Shown piece after piece: positions 40,420 through 52,405 of a stretch of DNA of 64,000 bases; position 1 is the first letter of the stretch; every line of letters begins with the position of its first letter. The notes under the pieces were generated by a model. The model was not told the DNA's origin. It saw nothing but the letters and a program-made list of their open reading frames with translations, and did not search any database. Both the position numbers and the translations under genes were made by a program. This DNA is from Camelus dromedarius (Eukaryota), in contig NC_087437.1 in the NCBI RefSeq assembly GCF_036321535.1, forward strand, positions 91,514,001 through 91,578,000, written 5' to 3'.

Positions 40420-40950
40420 CATAAAAAAAAATAAAATTGGGCACATGAATTTTCCCTAGATATAAACATATGAAATATTTAAAATAATCACTAAAAATAA
40501 TCACTAAAATATACTTTGAAAAGATCAAAAAGTAAATTATTAAAGAGTACATATAATACAGATCACATTTTCTGACTAGGATACCATTACATTTAATTAA
40601 TGACAAATACAGTGTTGAGGAAAATTTCTATATTTGAGAATTTAGCAGAAAATAGCAGTGTTTTGCTATTTCTGGGTTGCAAAACACATTTCAGGTAAAA
40701 GACTGACTATGCAACATATCAAAAATTGTGGGATGTAGCTAAATCTGTACTTACCAGAAAATTTAGAGACATAAAGACTCTAAAAAGCACACGTGGACAC
40801 ACAAGAAATATTGGTATTGATTTAGTTAAGTATTCCACTAAAAAAGGTTAATAGGAGTAACACAACTAATTGTAGTAGAAGTGGAGACTAATAAAGATGT
40901 AGCCTAAATAAATAAAATGAACATATCACAAAGAAGTAGATTGGACCAAT
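40420..40950 (+). mobile_element. Old L1M ORF2 fragment (end of endonuclease domain and linker)
   Basis: 'cacattttctgactag' (FSDH-like) and 'caacatatcaaaaattgtgggatgtagctaaatctgtactta...gaaaattta' (TYQKLWDVAKSVL). Confidence 0.7.
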
Positions 40951-41714
40951 AGGATGTATAACACTGTTCTTAGATGTCTGTAAAATTATGTGAGGTGTTT
41001 TGTTTTTAGTGTCAACCACATCTGGTATGGAACTCCTTCCTCTCCATTAATAAAAGTAGAAATAGGTTGAATTTCCTCTTTATCCCTAAGGATTCTCTAT
41101 CGAATACATTGTTCTAATAGCTGTGGGAAAATATGTTTTAGAGTTTCATTTAACACAACATCTTACAATTTTATAGTATTTATAAATTATTCTCTCATTT
41201 AAACTCAATAGGTTTTTTTCTTGAAAGTCAGATGTTCCTTTGAAAATACATTAACCTCAAATGTTGAATGTTTCCTAAAATATGGCTAAAAGCTAGTAAA
41301 ACATCTATGTGTCAATAATAAAGGATTATATTAAGATTATAAAAATATTATCTTCAAAATTGTAAAATTACTGTAACATATAGTAACAGATACATATTTT
41401 GTAACAAGACTCTTAACATAGTAAGACCTAAGAGATACACCCCTTTGTTAACAGTTGGCAAAATTTTCAAAATATCTGATTCCTACTAATTATATTTAAA
41501 ACATAATTTGAAATTTTTCTTACATATTATTTTATTAAAATTTTGTACTGTATTTTTGTGAATGTAGATACCACATACATTTTTTTTCTTATGTAAACAA
41601 TGGTGAAAACACATTGTATAGATAATGGTCTATTATTCTCAGATTTCCTTTCAATTAGACTATCTATACACTGGAATTTTGCTTTAGAATTCAAAATGCT
41701 ATTGAATATATTAT

Positions 41715-41839
41715 TCACTAGTTCTGCAAGATGAATTAGTTCTAGAAATCTGCTGTATAATATAGTGACTCTAGTCAACAATACTATATTATGTGCTTAT
41801 AAATGTATTAAAAGGTTAGAGCTTATGTTAAGTGTTGTT

Positions 41840-41881
<42 letters not shown>

Positions 41882-42030
41882 GAGGATCACAAAGACACAA
41901 TGAAATTTTGGAGATGATGGATATGTCTCTTATCCTGACTGAAGTGATGGTTTCACCAAATTGTATACATTAAATATGCACATTTTTGGGGTGTCAGTTA
42001 TATCCCAGTGAAGCAGTTTTTTAAAAAAAA
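41715..42030 (+). mobile_element. L1MB-like 3' end with A tail
   Basis: 'agttctagaaatctgctgtataatatagtgactctagtcaacaatact', 'ttttggagatgatggatatgt', 'attgtatacattaaatatg'. Confidence 0.85.
41841..41881. repeat. (CT)n(CA)n compound microsatellite inside L1
   Basis: tctctctc...tcacacacac... seen directly. Confidence 0.95.
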
Positions 42031-42294
42031 GGCTTAGGAAAAACTGTATATGAATGAGTGTTTTAGGTTTTTCATTAAGAGAGTTTTTAATAACATTTAA
42101 AAAATTTAGAACATGCACAAACTTTGTGTGATACTTTGTACCTCGAGTAAAGTAAGAATATATATTATTTAACAGTTTATCTTCATTATTAAAATTAGAA
42201 AAACATTTGGTTACAGTAAGCAGCAATAAAGTCAACTTCTTTAAATTCATATAAAGTACTTAAATTCCCATCCATTTAATTATATTTAACCAAA

Positions 42295-42535
42295 TGACTA
42301 GGCTTTTAAAAAGTATGTGTTATATCCTTGGTGCAGTGCTAAGTTCTCTAAATAGTTTATTTTAATCCACACAACATCCATATGAATTAATACTGCAACC
42401 ATTGTCATTTTACAGATAAAGAAAATGGGATTTAGAGATGCTTATATCTTGCCCAAGTGCACACAGTCAACAAATTCAACAGCCATTTTTGCCACGAAAC
42501 ACTCTGACTGCTCTGCCTGAGCTTCAGCCACCAGG
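42295..42535 (-). mobile_element. MIR SINE
   Basis: 'atttaatccacacaaca...cattttacagataaagaaaatggga...cttgcccaagtgcacacag'. Confidence 0.8.
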
Positions 42536-45282
42536 CTGCATCTTTACTGGGGATTGACCAGGTGGAAGAGATCTGCTGTTTCACATCGTTATTAAGAAAT
42601 AATGTGTGTCATACAACACCTATGAAAATTCTGGGGGAAAAAAAAAAGCCCTTGAAACATTATATTTATTTCCACCATTTTACAAAGCCAGCTAAAAAGC
42701 AAATGGCATGTAAATTTAGAAATACAGCATTGACAATCTGTAAAAAATATACAATATTTTTGTAGATTATTAGCATGAATGAGCAGAGAACTTTGGTATT
42801 GATAACACTTACAAAGTCCTTTTAAACAAAGGCAAAAAAAAAAAAAAAAAAAGAAACTGAAGCATTTCATCCATAACCAGATGGCCAGGCATAGCAAATC
42901 AGTAGTATGTAAATAACTGCCTTGCAAGGACACATAAAGAATGACTAGCTACTCGACATCTACTTTATCCATAGATGATCCCCATGTAGACAAGACAAAA
43001 ATATGTACTTTTTATTGTGACTAATGCAGTATCCGGAGTTGCTAGTATCATTGTGAAGTTCATTTATATAAAGGTATGAAAACAGATGTGTCAGGAACAT
43101 CTGGATCCTGTGCTAAAATCGACTATGAAATATAGTGCATATGCTATTCAAAATGCACGTAAAATAAAATGGGAAAATATGGTCAGCTGTTAAGTTACTG
43201 AAAAGTCAGCACCGTTTTTCTCCATCTTAATGCCTATAGCAAATACCTTTTCCTGTAGTACTGTGTTAGCAAACATTATGTAGAAAGTAATTTACATCCT
43301 CCAAGTCAGCCAATGTCATTATAACAACAAGCAAATAATTTTGGAAAGGATACAAGGACATATTTTGATATGGACATAAGTTTATTAGTGACAGTCATAT
43401 CTATCCTAACAAAAATTTGATCAAAATATTTGCTTCAAAATAACATTTCTGATGTATTGCTGAGAGGTTACCAGCCAAAACAGGTCATCCACAGCTAATT
43501 ATATGGCTTTTGTCTTTATGCATACATTATGACTGGCAGGCTGCCAGTGGACATGTGTAAATAGTGAACAAACTGATGAATTTAAAAATTCTAAACCACT
43601 GGACCAGGCTGCAGTCTTAACAGCAGAATATTAACTTCCACACCTGGTCCCCATTCTGATAATCCTGAAGTATCTTCATCACATTTATTTGCATTATCTG
43701 CTCTCAAATATTAACACTGATAGTATAAAAGAGGATTATAATCCTTCAGAAAAAATAAAAAGATTACTTTGGTTGAAGAGTTATTTGCTTTAATAAAGTT
43801 CTGCTTTTTAAAAATTACTTCCAATATTATTCACTTTAGCCTACTTATTAAAATCATTTTCTCAGCCCTCACTCAAACTATCTATGCCTAGTCTATTTCC
43901 ACTGGTTTAACCTACCTTTAACTCCTCCATTTTTAAAGTTAGATGTCATGTTGTTACTTCCTTTGTATCACCCCTAAAACCAGCTAGCTTAGTGGGATGC
44001 TAGCAGTGAGTATTCAAATTTTTCTTTTAATGGATCAACTGGTTGTGTCATAACTTAAGACAGAACAACTGTTCAATTCTGCGTCTGTAATAACATTTCC
44101 TGCATTTTTAAGCCATTAATTCACTCTGTAGAATTCTTTTTTTCTAAGACAAATAATTCTGCTCCAACTAGTTGTGCTTTTAAAAACTTATTTAAATACA
44201 GGTGTAGTTGCGTTTTGCCAACATTTATTAATTCAAGGAGTTAATTCCTTGCCCCAAACAGTCACATTTCTTCTTTTTTTTTTCCTATTAAAAAGAATAC
44301 CTAAATACTGAAGGAATTTAATTTTCCTAGTTTCTTATATTGTTCAAGAAAATACCTCCCATTATTTAACCTTTATTATACACTTGATCTTTTTCTTCTT
44401 ATGTATAATAAAACTTTAGATACATTTGACATTTATAGAATATTTGGTTTAGCTTTTGCTATAAATGTTCACAATAGATTTCAAACTTTTTAAGATTTAC
44501 TTTTAAGTAAACTTTAAAAACTTAAAGGACAAATAGTATCCAGTTAAAGGAGCATATTGCAGATATGAATCTTATATACCTTTAAAGCTTTTAACAAGGA
44601 TGGCACATTTACCGTATCTGCTTTGGTTGTAAATTTCAATGTCCACAGTAGGGTCTGGCTGATCACGTACAGTACTTTCAAATTAGAGTTAAGTTTGGCC
44701 TTAAATCCTTCCTATAATGTAAATAAAATCAAACTATCAATGAATTGAATTTTGTGTTTTAAACTAGCTGTTTATACATCGCTTTTCTTAAGAATCATTC
44801 AGGGAATTTTATCATAATAGACACTGCTGGATCTATTCTTTGCACATTTTGATTTCAATATATCTGGGATGTGCAGTTTGATAAAAATCCTCAATTAATT
44901 CTTAAGGATCTTGATTGACATGCATTTAAGGTCAACATTTAGGAATAGATGGTCTGAAACATTCAAATCAATGATACTCTTTTTTTGTTACTTATTTGTT
45001 TATATATGTATACATTTATTTGGCTTATTATTTGTTTTTTATTTCCTTAAGTTACACTATAGACTGAATGTTTGTTTACACGAAATTCATATGTATGCAA
45101 GTACAAATTAGATAATAATTCCTATTATTCTTTGTTTTTTAATCATCCTATTTACAGTAAATCTTTTCCTTATTTCTAAAAGGAAGGCTTCCCTTTTTCC
45201 TTCATTTAGTAATCTGGAGAAGTGAAACATAAAAAGATGAAAAAAAAAATCACTCAGATGTCAACCAGGAAAATAGTTATTG

Positions 45283-45590
45283 AGAGAAGGTGGCCAAAAG
45301 GTACAAACTTCTAGTTCTAAATCAGCACTGGGTATGTAATTACACCATGATGACTATTGTTAACAATGCTGTATGATGTATTTAAAGCTGCTGAATGGAT
45401 AGAGTTTAACAGTTCTCGTCATAAGGGAAAAAAGATTGTAACTATCTGAGGTGATAGATGTTGACAAACACTGTGGTGATCATTTCACAATAGAATGTCA
45501 AGTCATTAAGTTGTATACCTTAAATTTATAGCATTGTATGTGTATGTCAATTTTATCTCAATAAAACTGGAAGAAAAAAAGAGAAAAAAT
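45283..45590 (+). mobile_element. L1MA9-like 3' end
   Basis: 'ggtggccaaaaggtacaaacttctagtt', 'tgactattgttaacaatgctgtat', 'tgtggtgatcatttcacaata', 'tatctcaataaaactggaagaaaaaaa'. Confidence 0.88.
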
Positions 45591-46049
45591 TTATTAAGCA
45601 GTATGGGAATCAGAGATTTTTTATATGAATTAGACCTCATCCAAATGAACAGTGGTTGAGAGAGAGTTTGAGGGAAAAAGGCTCTGGGAATGGGGAAGTC
45701 GGTGAGTCAAAGAAAAAGTGTACTGGTGCACAAGTCAGAGCTGCAGGAAAATCCAAGAAGTCAAGCGCATCTGGCAACTGAAGAATAATGGGGAAGAGGA
45801 ATTTCTGAGCAAGCTCTATGGAAACTTCCAGCTCTTGGGAAGCATTTTTTTTTAACCGTCCAAATCTCATGTAAGTTTTACTTTTACCCATCTATAATCC
45901 AAAGCCCTGGGAAGGGGTTTCACAGAAACAATACCCAGCCTTTATTAAGTCGACAAAACACAAACCAGCACAGGAACAAACAAAGAAAAATGCAATTCAG
46001 TATTCTCTCCAGGTACAGGTTAATTTTCTCCTCTGACTCTTCACAGAAA

Positions 46050-46230
46050 AATAGAGTGTAATAATAAAGCACTGACTTAGGAGTAAGAAAAATGGAGGAT
46101 AATGCTATTTACTCCTTGAATAGCTGTATACCACAATGCAAGTCTTTCAACATTTCCAGATTAAACATTTCCTTATACGAAATGAGGTTATTAAATTAAT
46201 GATGGCTGAGGTTCTTTCCTGGCCTAAAAT
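46050..46230 (+). mobile_element. MIR fragment
   Basis: 'aaagcactgacttaggagtaagaaaa...tagctgtat...catttccttatacgaaatgagg...gaggttctttcctggc'. Confidence 0.6.
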
Positions 46231-46789
46231 TGTATTATTCTCTTTATTATTGTTCTTTGTCTATTTGTTTACCATAGAAAAGAAAATCTAAAAATACGGC
46301 TAGCTGTTGGAGTCTTCAATATATTAAGTAGGCCTGAGTCAATCAAATGCAATGTGCATTGTTTATCCTTGGCCCTTGCATATTACATGCCTTTCAAAGC
46401 CTTACATTATCCTGCTTTATCCCAGAGAAGATTTGCTTTACTAACTCATTCAGGCTTGTGCTTCTTCCTCTGCAATGTCTAGATCATTCCTGATTGTGCT
46501 ATTTCATCAATATGCACCCAATTTTAAAAGCCACATTTGTAAAAGATGTTACAGAGTATGAGAATTTAGAAAGTTGTCTTTTGATTATCAAGATTATTCC
46601 AATAGAATAAAATGAAAAATAGTATACTTTCTTATATGTCATATTATGTTAAAAATGCTTTTTTGGTTATTATTTATTTAAAGATATTATTATTAAAATT
46701 TTATTGTTATGAGGGAGACTAGGTAAATCTCTTATAGATGAATGTCAGATGATGTATGAAGATACCCCACCCTCAGTGAGGTGGACTGG

Positions 46790-47412
46790 CTCTTTCCTCT
46801 CTTGAGTGTTGGTTCTGCTTTGTGACTTCTTTTTAAAGTGTAGATTATACAAAGAGAGCAGGGGTAACCTGACAGTGGAAAACACTGGCAAACACTGCTG
46901 CAGGCAAGTAATCTTTAACATCCTCAATGAAGAGCCCCGTTGTTAGTATGTACTTCCAGCTAAAGTGATGAGCATAGTACTTTACCTCTGTTGTCTTCCT
47001 CCCAATCATAGAACCCTAGTTTACACCCCAGTGGAAAACAACAGATGAACCTCAATTAAATCACATTGTATACTTCACCAGTGCTCCTTAAAACTCTTGA
47101 GTTATAAAAATCAGGAAAATTCTGAGAAATGTCACAGCCAAAAGAAGTCTAAGGAGCCATAACAATTAAATATAATCTGTCCTGGATGGGATTCTGGAAC
47201 AAAATAAGAACATTAGGAAAAAGCTAGTGAATTCTGAATTAGTTGCAGAGTTTAGATAAGAGTAATAGACTAAATTTGGCTCCAGAGTTGTAACAAATAG
47301 ATTATGAAAATATAAGATGTTAAAAATAAAAATAATGAAGAGCATATGGGAACTCTGCTATCTTTGCAATTTAAAGGATCTAAAACTAGTCTAAAGTAAA
47401 GTTTATGAAAAA
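46790..47412 (+). mobile_element. L1MC/MD-like 3' end
   Basis: 'acagtggaaaacactggcaaacact', 'tgagaaatgtcacagccaaaagaagtctaaggag', 'tcctggatgggattctggaac', 'tatgggaactctg...tctttgcaa'. Confidence 0.85.
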
Positions 47413-47961
47413 CATAGATTATTAGATCAGATTTCTAATTATGTTATTTTCATTCACTGAACAAACCTTAATGCCTTCATTTATACCTCCACACACATCT
47501 ACATTTTATTCTTCTCTTCAAACAAACAAACAAAAATCATCACTTGTAAATATTAGGCACATATTCTTTTATAGTAATAGTTAACTGGAGAGGACTGTGT
47601 TTTCTTTTCAACAGGACATGGGCCAACCAGTTCACCAAACTATCCTTCCAACCTATCCATCCCATTTATTTTGTCTTCCTAGTCCTTCAGGCATTTACAT
47701 TTGTAACCATCATCAGGGAAGAGATGGTATGTTAAATCGAAGTTGTAGTCTCATAAATACTGTGAAAGTGTTTCATACCACGTGAAGAAAGAAGTAATTC
47801 ACTTCTTCAGATTCCAATTTCTGGGTTGTGCTAAATTACGCTTCAAAGAAATACCATTGTTAGATATAAACGAGAATGTGGCAGGAACAGATGTGGGAAT
47901 AGGGCGGGACAGGCTGAGATGGTAGCAGGCATGAAATAGTCTAGGTAGAGCTCAATCCTAT

Positions 47962-48260
47962 AACAATGCTTCCTGATCTTGGCTAATCATGAAAATCACC
48001 CAGAAACTGTTAAAAACACAGATTCCCTAGTGTTTCTCAAAATGAGGTTCTGTTAATAGCAATATTAGCACCATTGGGGATTTCTGAGTAATTCAAATTC
48101 TTGAGCTCTACCCCAAGTCGACTGAGTCACTGTCTCTGGAGATGGAGCTCAGAAATCTGCTTTCCTAGGCCTTTCAGGCAGTTCTGGTTTCAGGCTACGA
48201 TTTGAGACCCACTTCCCAAAAATTTGATTTAGTTATTTAGTTTAGGCAGGGCTACATTTA
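47962..48260. mobile_element. MER5A (about 48028-48214) inside or beside another MER5-type fragment
   Basis: TIR-like ends 'tagtgtttctcaaa' and 'tttgagacccact'. Preceded by 'tcttggctaatcatgaaaatcacccagaaactgttaaaaacacagattccc'. Confidence 0.7.
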
Positions 48261-50187
48261 TCTAGGATAATTCAGATGAAGATTGGGGGAAATACTGCCT
48301 ACATAAAGATGCAAATGTCATGAAGAGAGAGAGATATGGATCCGCCACCCTATTGGTTAACTCATGAAATACAATGCATTTACTTTGATACAGAATAGTG
48401 AAAGAGTAATAATCAAAGAATGAGAGAATATATCCACATATAGTGCTCATCAGTTGATAGTCAATCTGGATTACTCTAGTCAGCAGCTACTTCTATATCT
48501 CTTTTTAAAAACTACCTATGAGCCATTATATAATAAGTATGAAGAAGTATCTGTCCATTTCTTATGTCACCTCAAGAGTGAACAGAAAATAAATATATTT
48601 GTGCAAATTTACATGGAAGTTTTGGATCATCTGTATTGAAATTATGTCCTGGTATTAACATGCACCTTTTAAATTTACAGATGTATAGCTTCTGTATTTA
48701 TGGCAAGAAAACTGATATATATATTAAGCCAATAATTATGATTGGGAAACTTGGCCTTTGAGCAATTATACAAAGTTAATTTCTCTTCTTAATGAGTATG
48801 ATTTCAATAATTTAAAATTTCATTAACAAATTATGATAGAGTACAATTTACATGTATCCTAAATTTAAATATAATTGGTGTTGTAATTTTAAAAATGAAA
48901 ATTAAGAATCATTTATGTTCTTTAGAAACTTCATAATAAGAACAGACGAGGATTTTTAAAAACTACATATTAATTTGAATAAAGTAAATCATGTTAAATG
49001 TTAAATGTTAGATTTTTCTAGAATAATTTAACTTACATGGTGGTTTGATTTACTCATTTTTTTTTTTCTCTATTAAGAGATGATAATAGGCCTTTGAGAT
49101 ACTACCATTAGCAGTTGTAACTGGAAGCTGCTCACAAGGAATCTGCTTGAGAAGCAATAGTTGCATTTGCTTTCTATGCTGTCTCCTCCCTGGTCTTTGA
49201 AAGGAGAATTAAACCACTTTAGAATAGACTACACAGGAGACACAAGCCACGATGCTTTGGGCAAAACTGTGAGAGGACAGGGAAGACGAGACAACTTTCT
49301 GCTAATGAGGATAGAGGTCTAGTGTATTTCCTTAGTAAAAGTGAAAAGACAGAGGGGTGACTGTATCTTTCACTTAAAACTAAACAAAAGAGTTATTCTG
49401 GTTGTAATTCTACCACGCAAATGCTGTTTGCTCAACATGGAACTTAGGGTACCAAGTGGGTTTTTACTAGTTTTTTTTTTTTTTTAAATAATACCTCCCC
49501 CCTGCCATACACACACACAGACATACACACTGAATTTAAGATCAAAACATAATTAAATGAGTAGCACTCTCTGTATTGGCTTGTATCTTTTTTGTTGGTT
49601 GAATCTTGGTATATTTATTTTCCAATCAGAAAAAACTCTTAAAAAGTAATCTGAAAAGTATCCTGTCCATAAATTTTTATTTGGAGAATACTAATGATTC
49701 CTGTTTTCAAAATAAGAAAAGCGGTTTAATTGACCACATAACCATTCATGGGAGGCAAACAACATCAGACAATATCATGCAGGGATTCCCAATCATTTCA
49801 TATTTCGTATCCTTACTATCTTCTTTAACTCTCAATTTTTAAAGTTTTTTATATCTCTGAGTTTTTCTCTATTTCTCTCAGACCAGTATTACATTTGCTT
49901 TCATCCTCCTTGTGTTGATAAACATTTTCCCTCTTTTCTTTTTTTCTTTTCTTTTCTTCGGAGGTTCTAAAGATTGTCTCGTTACAATGTTTAACGGCAG
50001 TGGAGGTTTTTTGCATTCATCTTTGCCTTTGTGTCATTGTGAAGGTCAAAATCTGTCGGGCGGCAGCACATGTACTCCTAATAAGGCTGTCTTTCTTTTG
50101 CTTCCTTCACCCTCGGGCACAGCGCATAATTCCTCATGAGTGTCTTCTGTCACAAAGAAATACCAGGACTCAAAAGTACTTGAACTG

Positions 50188-50539
50188 AGGGGTTTGGTGG
50201 CTTAGTGGATAAAACCCCTGACCCTTTACCTCAGAGAACATGGCTTAAATTCAAACTTTCAATGTAAGTGAAAAGAGATTTATGGAGTTACTGATATTAC
50301 CTGTGCAGAATGTTCTAGAGTAAGACACAAAACACCTCTAACAAAACATCTCAAGACTAAATTTAATTGAAACACCGCTTATCTCCAGAACACATAGCAG
50401 TGGAATTTAAAATTAGGGTTGCTTTGTAATTCGGAGTTATTTATTATCAATTCTACTTTTCAAACAGAGTCTTCGTCTCTGAGCCCTTGTCAATTTCTTC
50501 GGTGTCCCTAGAAAATACGAGATCTGTAATTAAAATAAA
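50188..50539 (+). mobile_element. Ancient tRNA-derived SINE, near full length (MamSINE1-like)
   Basis: tRNA-like head with A box 'tggcttagtgg' (50198-50208) and degenerate B box 'ggcttaaattc' (50242-50252). Body 'ttctagagtaagacacaaaacacctcta...catctcaagact...ttcaaacagagtc...gtgtccctag'. Ends 'gagatctgtaattaaaataaa'. Family name from recall. Confidence 0.72.
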
Positions 50540-51653
50540 GGCCTCTATATGTTTTTAAAAGAAAATCACCAAGTGTCAAGTGTGCCACTCTTAGAGCGTT
50601 CTCCTTTATCTGAGGTGAAAAGGTGTATTCTTCACAGGAACTGGGCATCAGCCAACAAACAATGTAAAAGTTTTCCTCTGCAAGAAGAGTCTATAATTGA
50701 TTTCTTTGGTGGTTCCTGGGTTTTCTCAACTTCATCGAGGCTACACATGTGTTCTGATAGAGATGAAAAATAATTATATTACAGTATAATGCATAGTGCA
50801 ACCTCTTCAGCTCTGTGAGAGAGGATCTATGCATTAGCACTTGCAGATCCTGAACATAATACAGCAAAGATGACATTTGCATATACAATCTGTAGTGCAG
50901 CCTTGAAAATAGGTCAGCCCTCTCTTTGCAGGAGAATGATAACAAAGAAGTCTGGAACGATGTTGAAAGGTAGGTTAAAATGGTGCTGTTATGCACTGAA
51001 TTCAAAAATAAGGATTAAACACTTTTTTTCCTCTGTGATTATATTAACACTATTATACTAGTATTATATGTTGGCTACAAGTGAAGTAAATACATTCTAT
51101 TACTAAGTAACTGGTGTAAAATTTCATGTGACATAATTTTAAGAATCAAGTTCTCACATATCTTAGCGCCACTTCCATGAGATTAAGCAAAATATTTTGG
51201 TCTTATAATTTCTCACTTAAAGCTTCCTGTTTTAGCATAAAAAGAGCAAGACATAGTCATGGAAATGGAACTTTGTATTTTTTCTGCCTTTTTTTGAGGC
51301 ATAAATATTATATTTATCCAGAAAATATTTAGTTAAAAATGGGAGACTCAGTAAAGAGGGTGAATAATGAAAATACAGAATGTTTTTAATGTGCAATGTT
51401 GCAAGAAACCATTGTTTTTATGGGTTAATAAATTAATAACATTAAAAAATGTATTTCAAATTGGAAGAATACATTCACTGAAAAAAAGTCACTCAGGTAA
51501 ATTGAAGGTTAGTTGATGCAACTCATCCCAAATTAGAAATCTGTTATAATCAATTCTACAGCTGTCTATTAAAAGCAACAAACATCATCCTTTGAAACAT
51601 CCACTCTTTTTTACAGTTGCAAGCATAATGTTTGCTTTGTATGTATGTTTCAC

Positions 51654-51832
51654 TAATAGTGTGCCGGAGCTGGCTAACATTTTCTCAGAAATTTGCCTTC
51701 TGTGATGTTACACTACTATATGAAACAACCTTTGTGGCAGATTTTACTCCATGGAAATTGGCAAAAATTTCCAATCAGTCCCTCTGCCTTCTTTGGACAG
51801 CTGGCTATTAAATATTTATCAGCACACCATCT
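51654..51832 (+). mobile_element. MER63-like hAT-Blackjack MITE
   Basis: Degenerate TIRs 'tagtgtgccgg' and 'tcagcacacca'. Internal 'ccatggaaattggcaaa...aatcag' and 'gctggctattaaatattta'. Confidence 0.75.
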
Positions 51833-51954
51833 CTTTGACTTCAACATCTGTGTCAAATTTTTTTATCTGTCTGTTATTTTCTGAGAACTGCAGACTTTTT
51901 AGAATGAATATACATTTTACACATTGAAATATTCTGAATAAGGTGGGGAGTGTA

Positions 51955-52405
51955 GATGGAGGATATATATGTGTGTGTGTGTGTGTGTGTCTGTATGTAT
52001 ACACACACATATAAGAAACTGGGTCACATGATTCTGGAACCTGAGAAGTCTCAAGATCTCTACTCAAAAAGACCTAGAGAACCAGGAAAGCCTGTGGTAT
52101 AATTTCTGTCCAAGTTGAGGAGAGCTGATGGTGTAAGCTCTAGACCGAGGGCAGGATGTCCTAGTTCAAGCACTTGGGCGGAAGGAGTTCCCTCTTACTC
52201 ATCCTTTTTGTTCCTGGATCCAGGTCCTCACTTGGTTGAAGGAGACTCATTGACATTTAGGAGGGCCAGCTGCTTGACTGTCTACCTATTCAAATGTGAG
52301 TCTCACCTGGAAACACCCTCACCAACATACCCAGAATAATATCTATAAAAATGATCATCCAATGGCTCAGTCGAGTTGACACTGAAAATTTAAGTAAGCA
52401 TCAGA
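51955..52405 (-). mobile_element. MLT2B-like LTR with internal (TG)n
   Basis: 'ctgagaagtctcaagatct', 'gagctgatggtgtaag', 'ctggaaacaccctcac...cccagaataat', 'ggctcagtcgagttgacac'. Confidence 0.85.

Noticed and set aside
50188..50265. Possible tRNA gene
   Set aside because: The B box is degenerate, I could not build a cloverleaf, and the sequence continues into a SINE-like body and A-rich tail.
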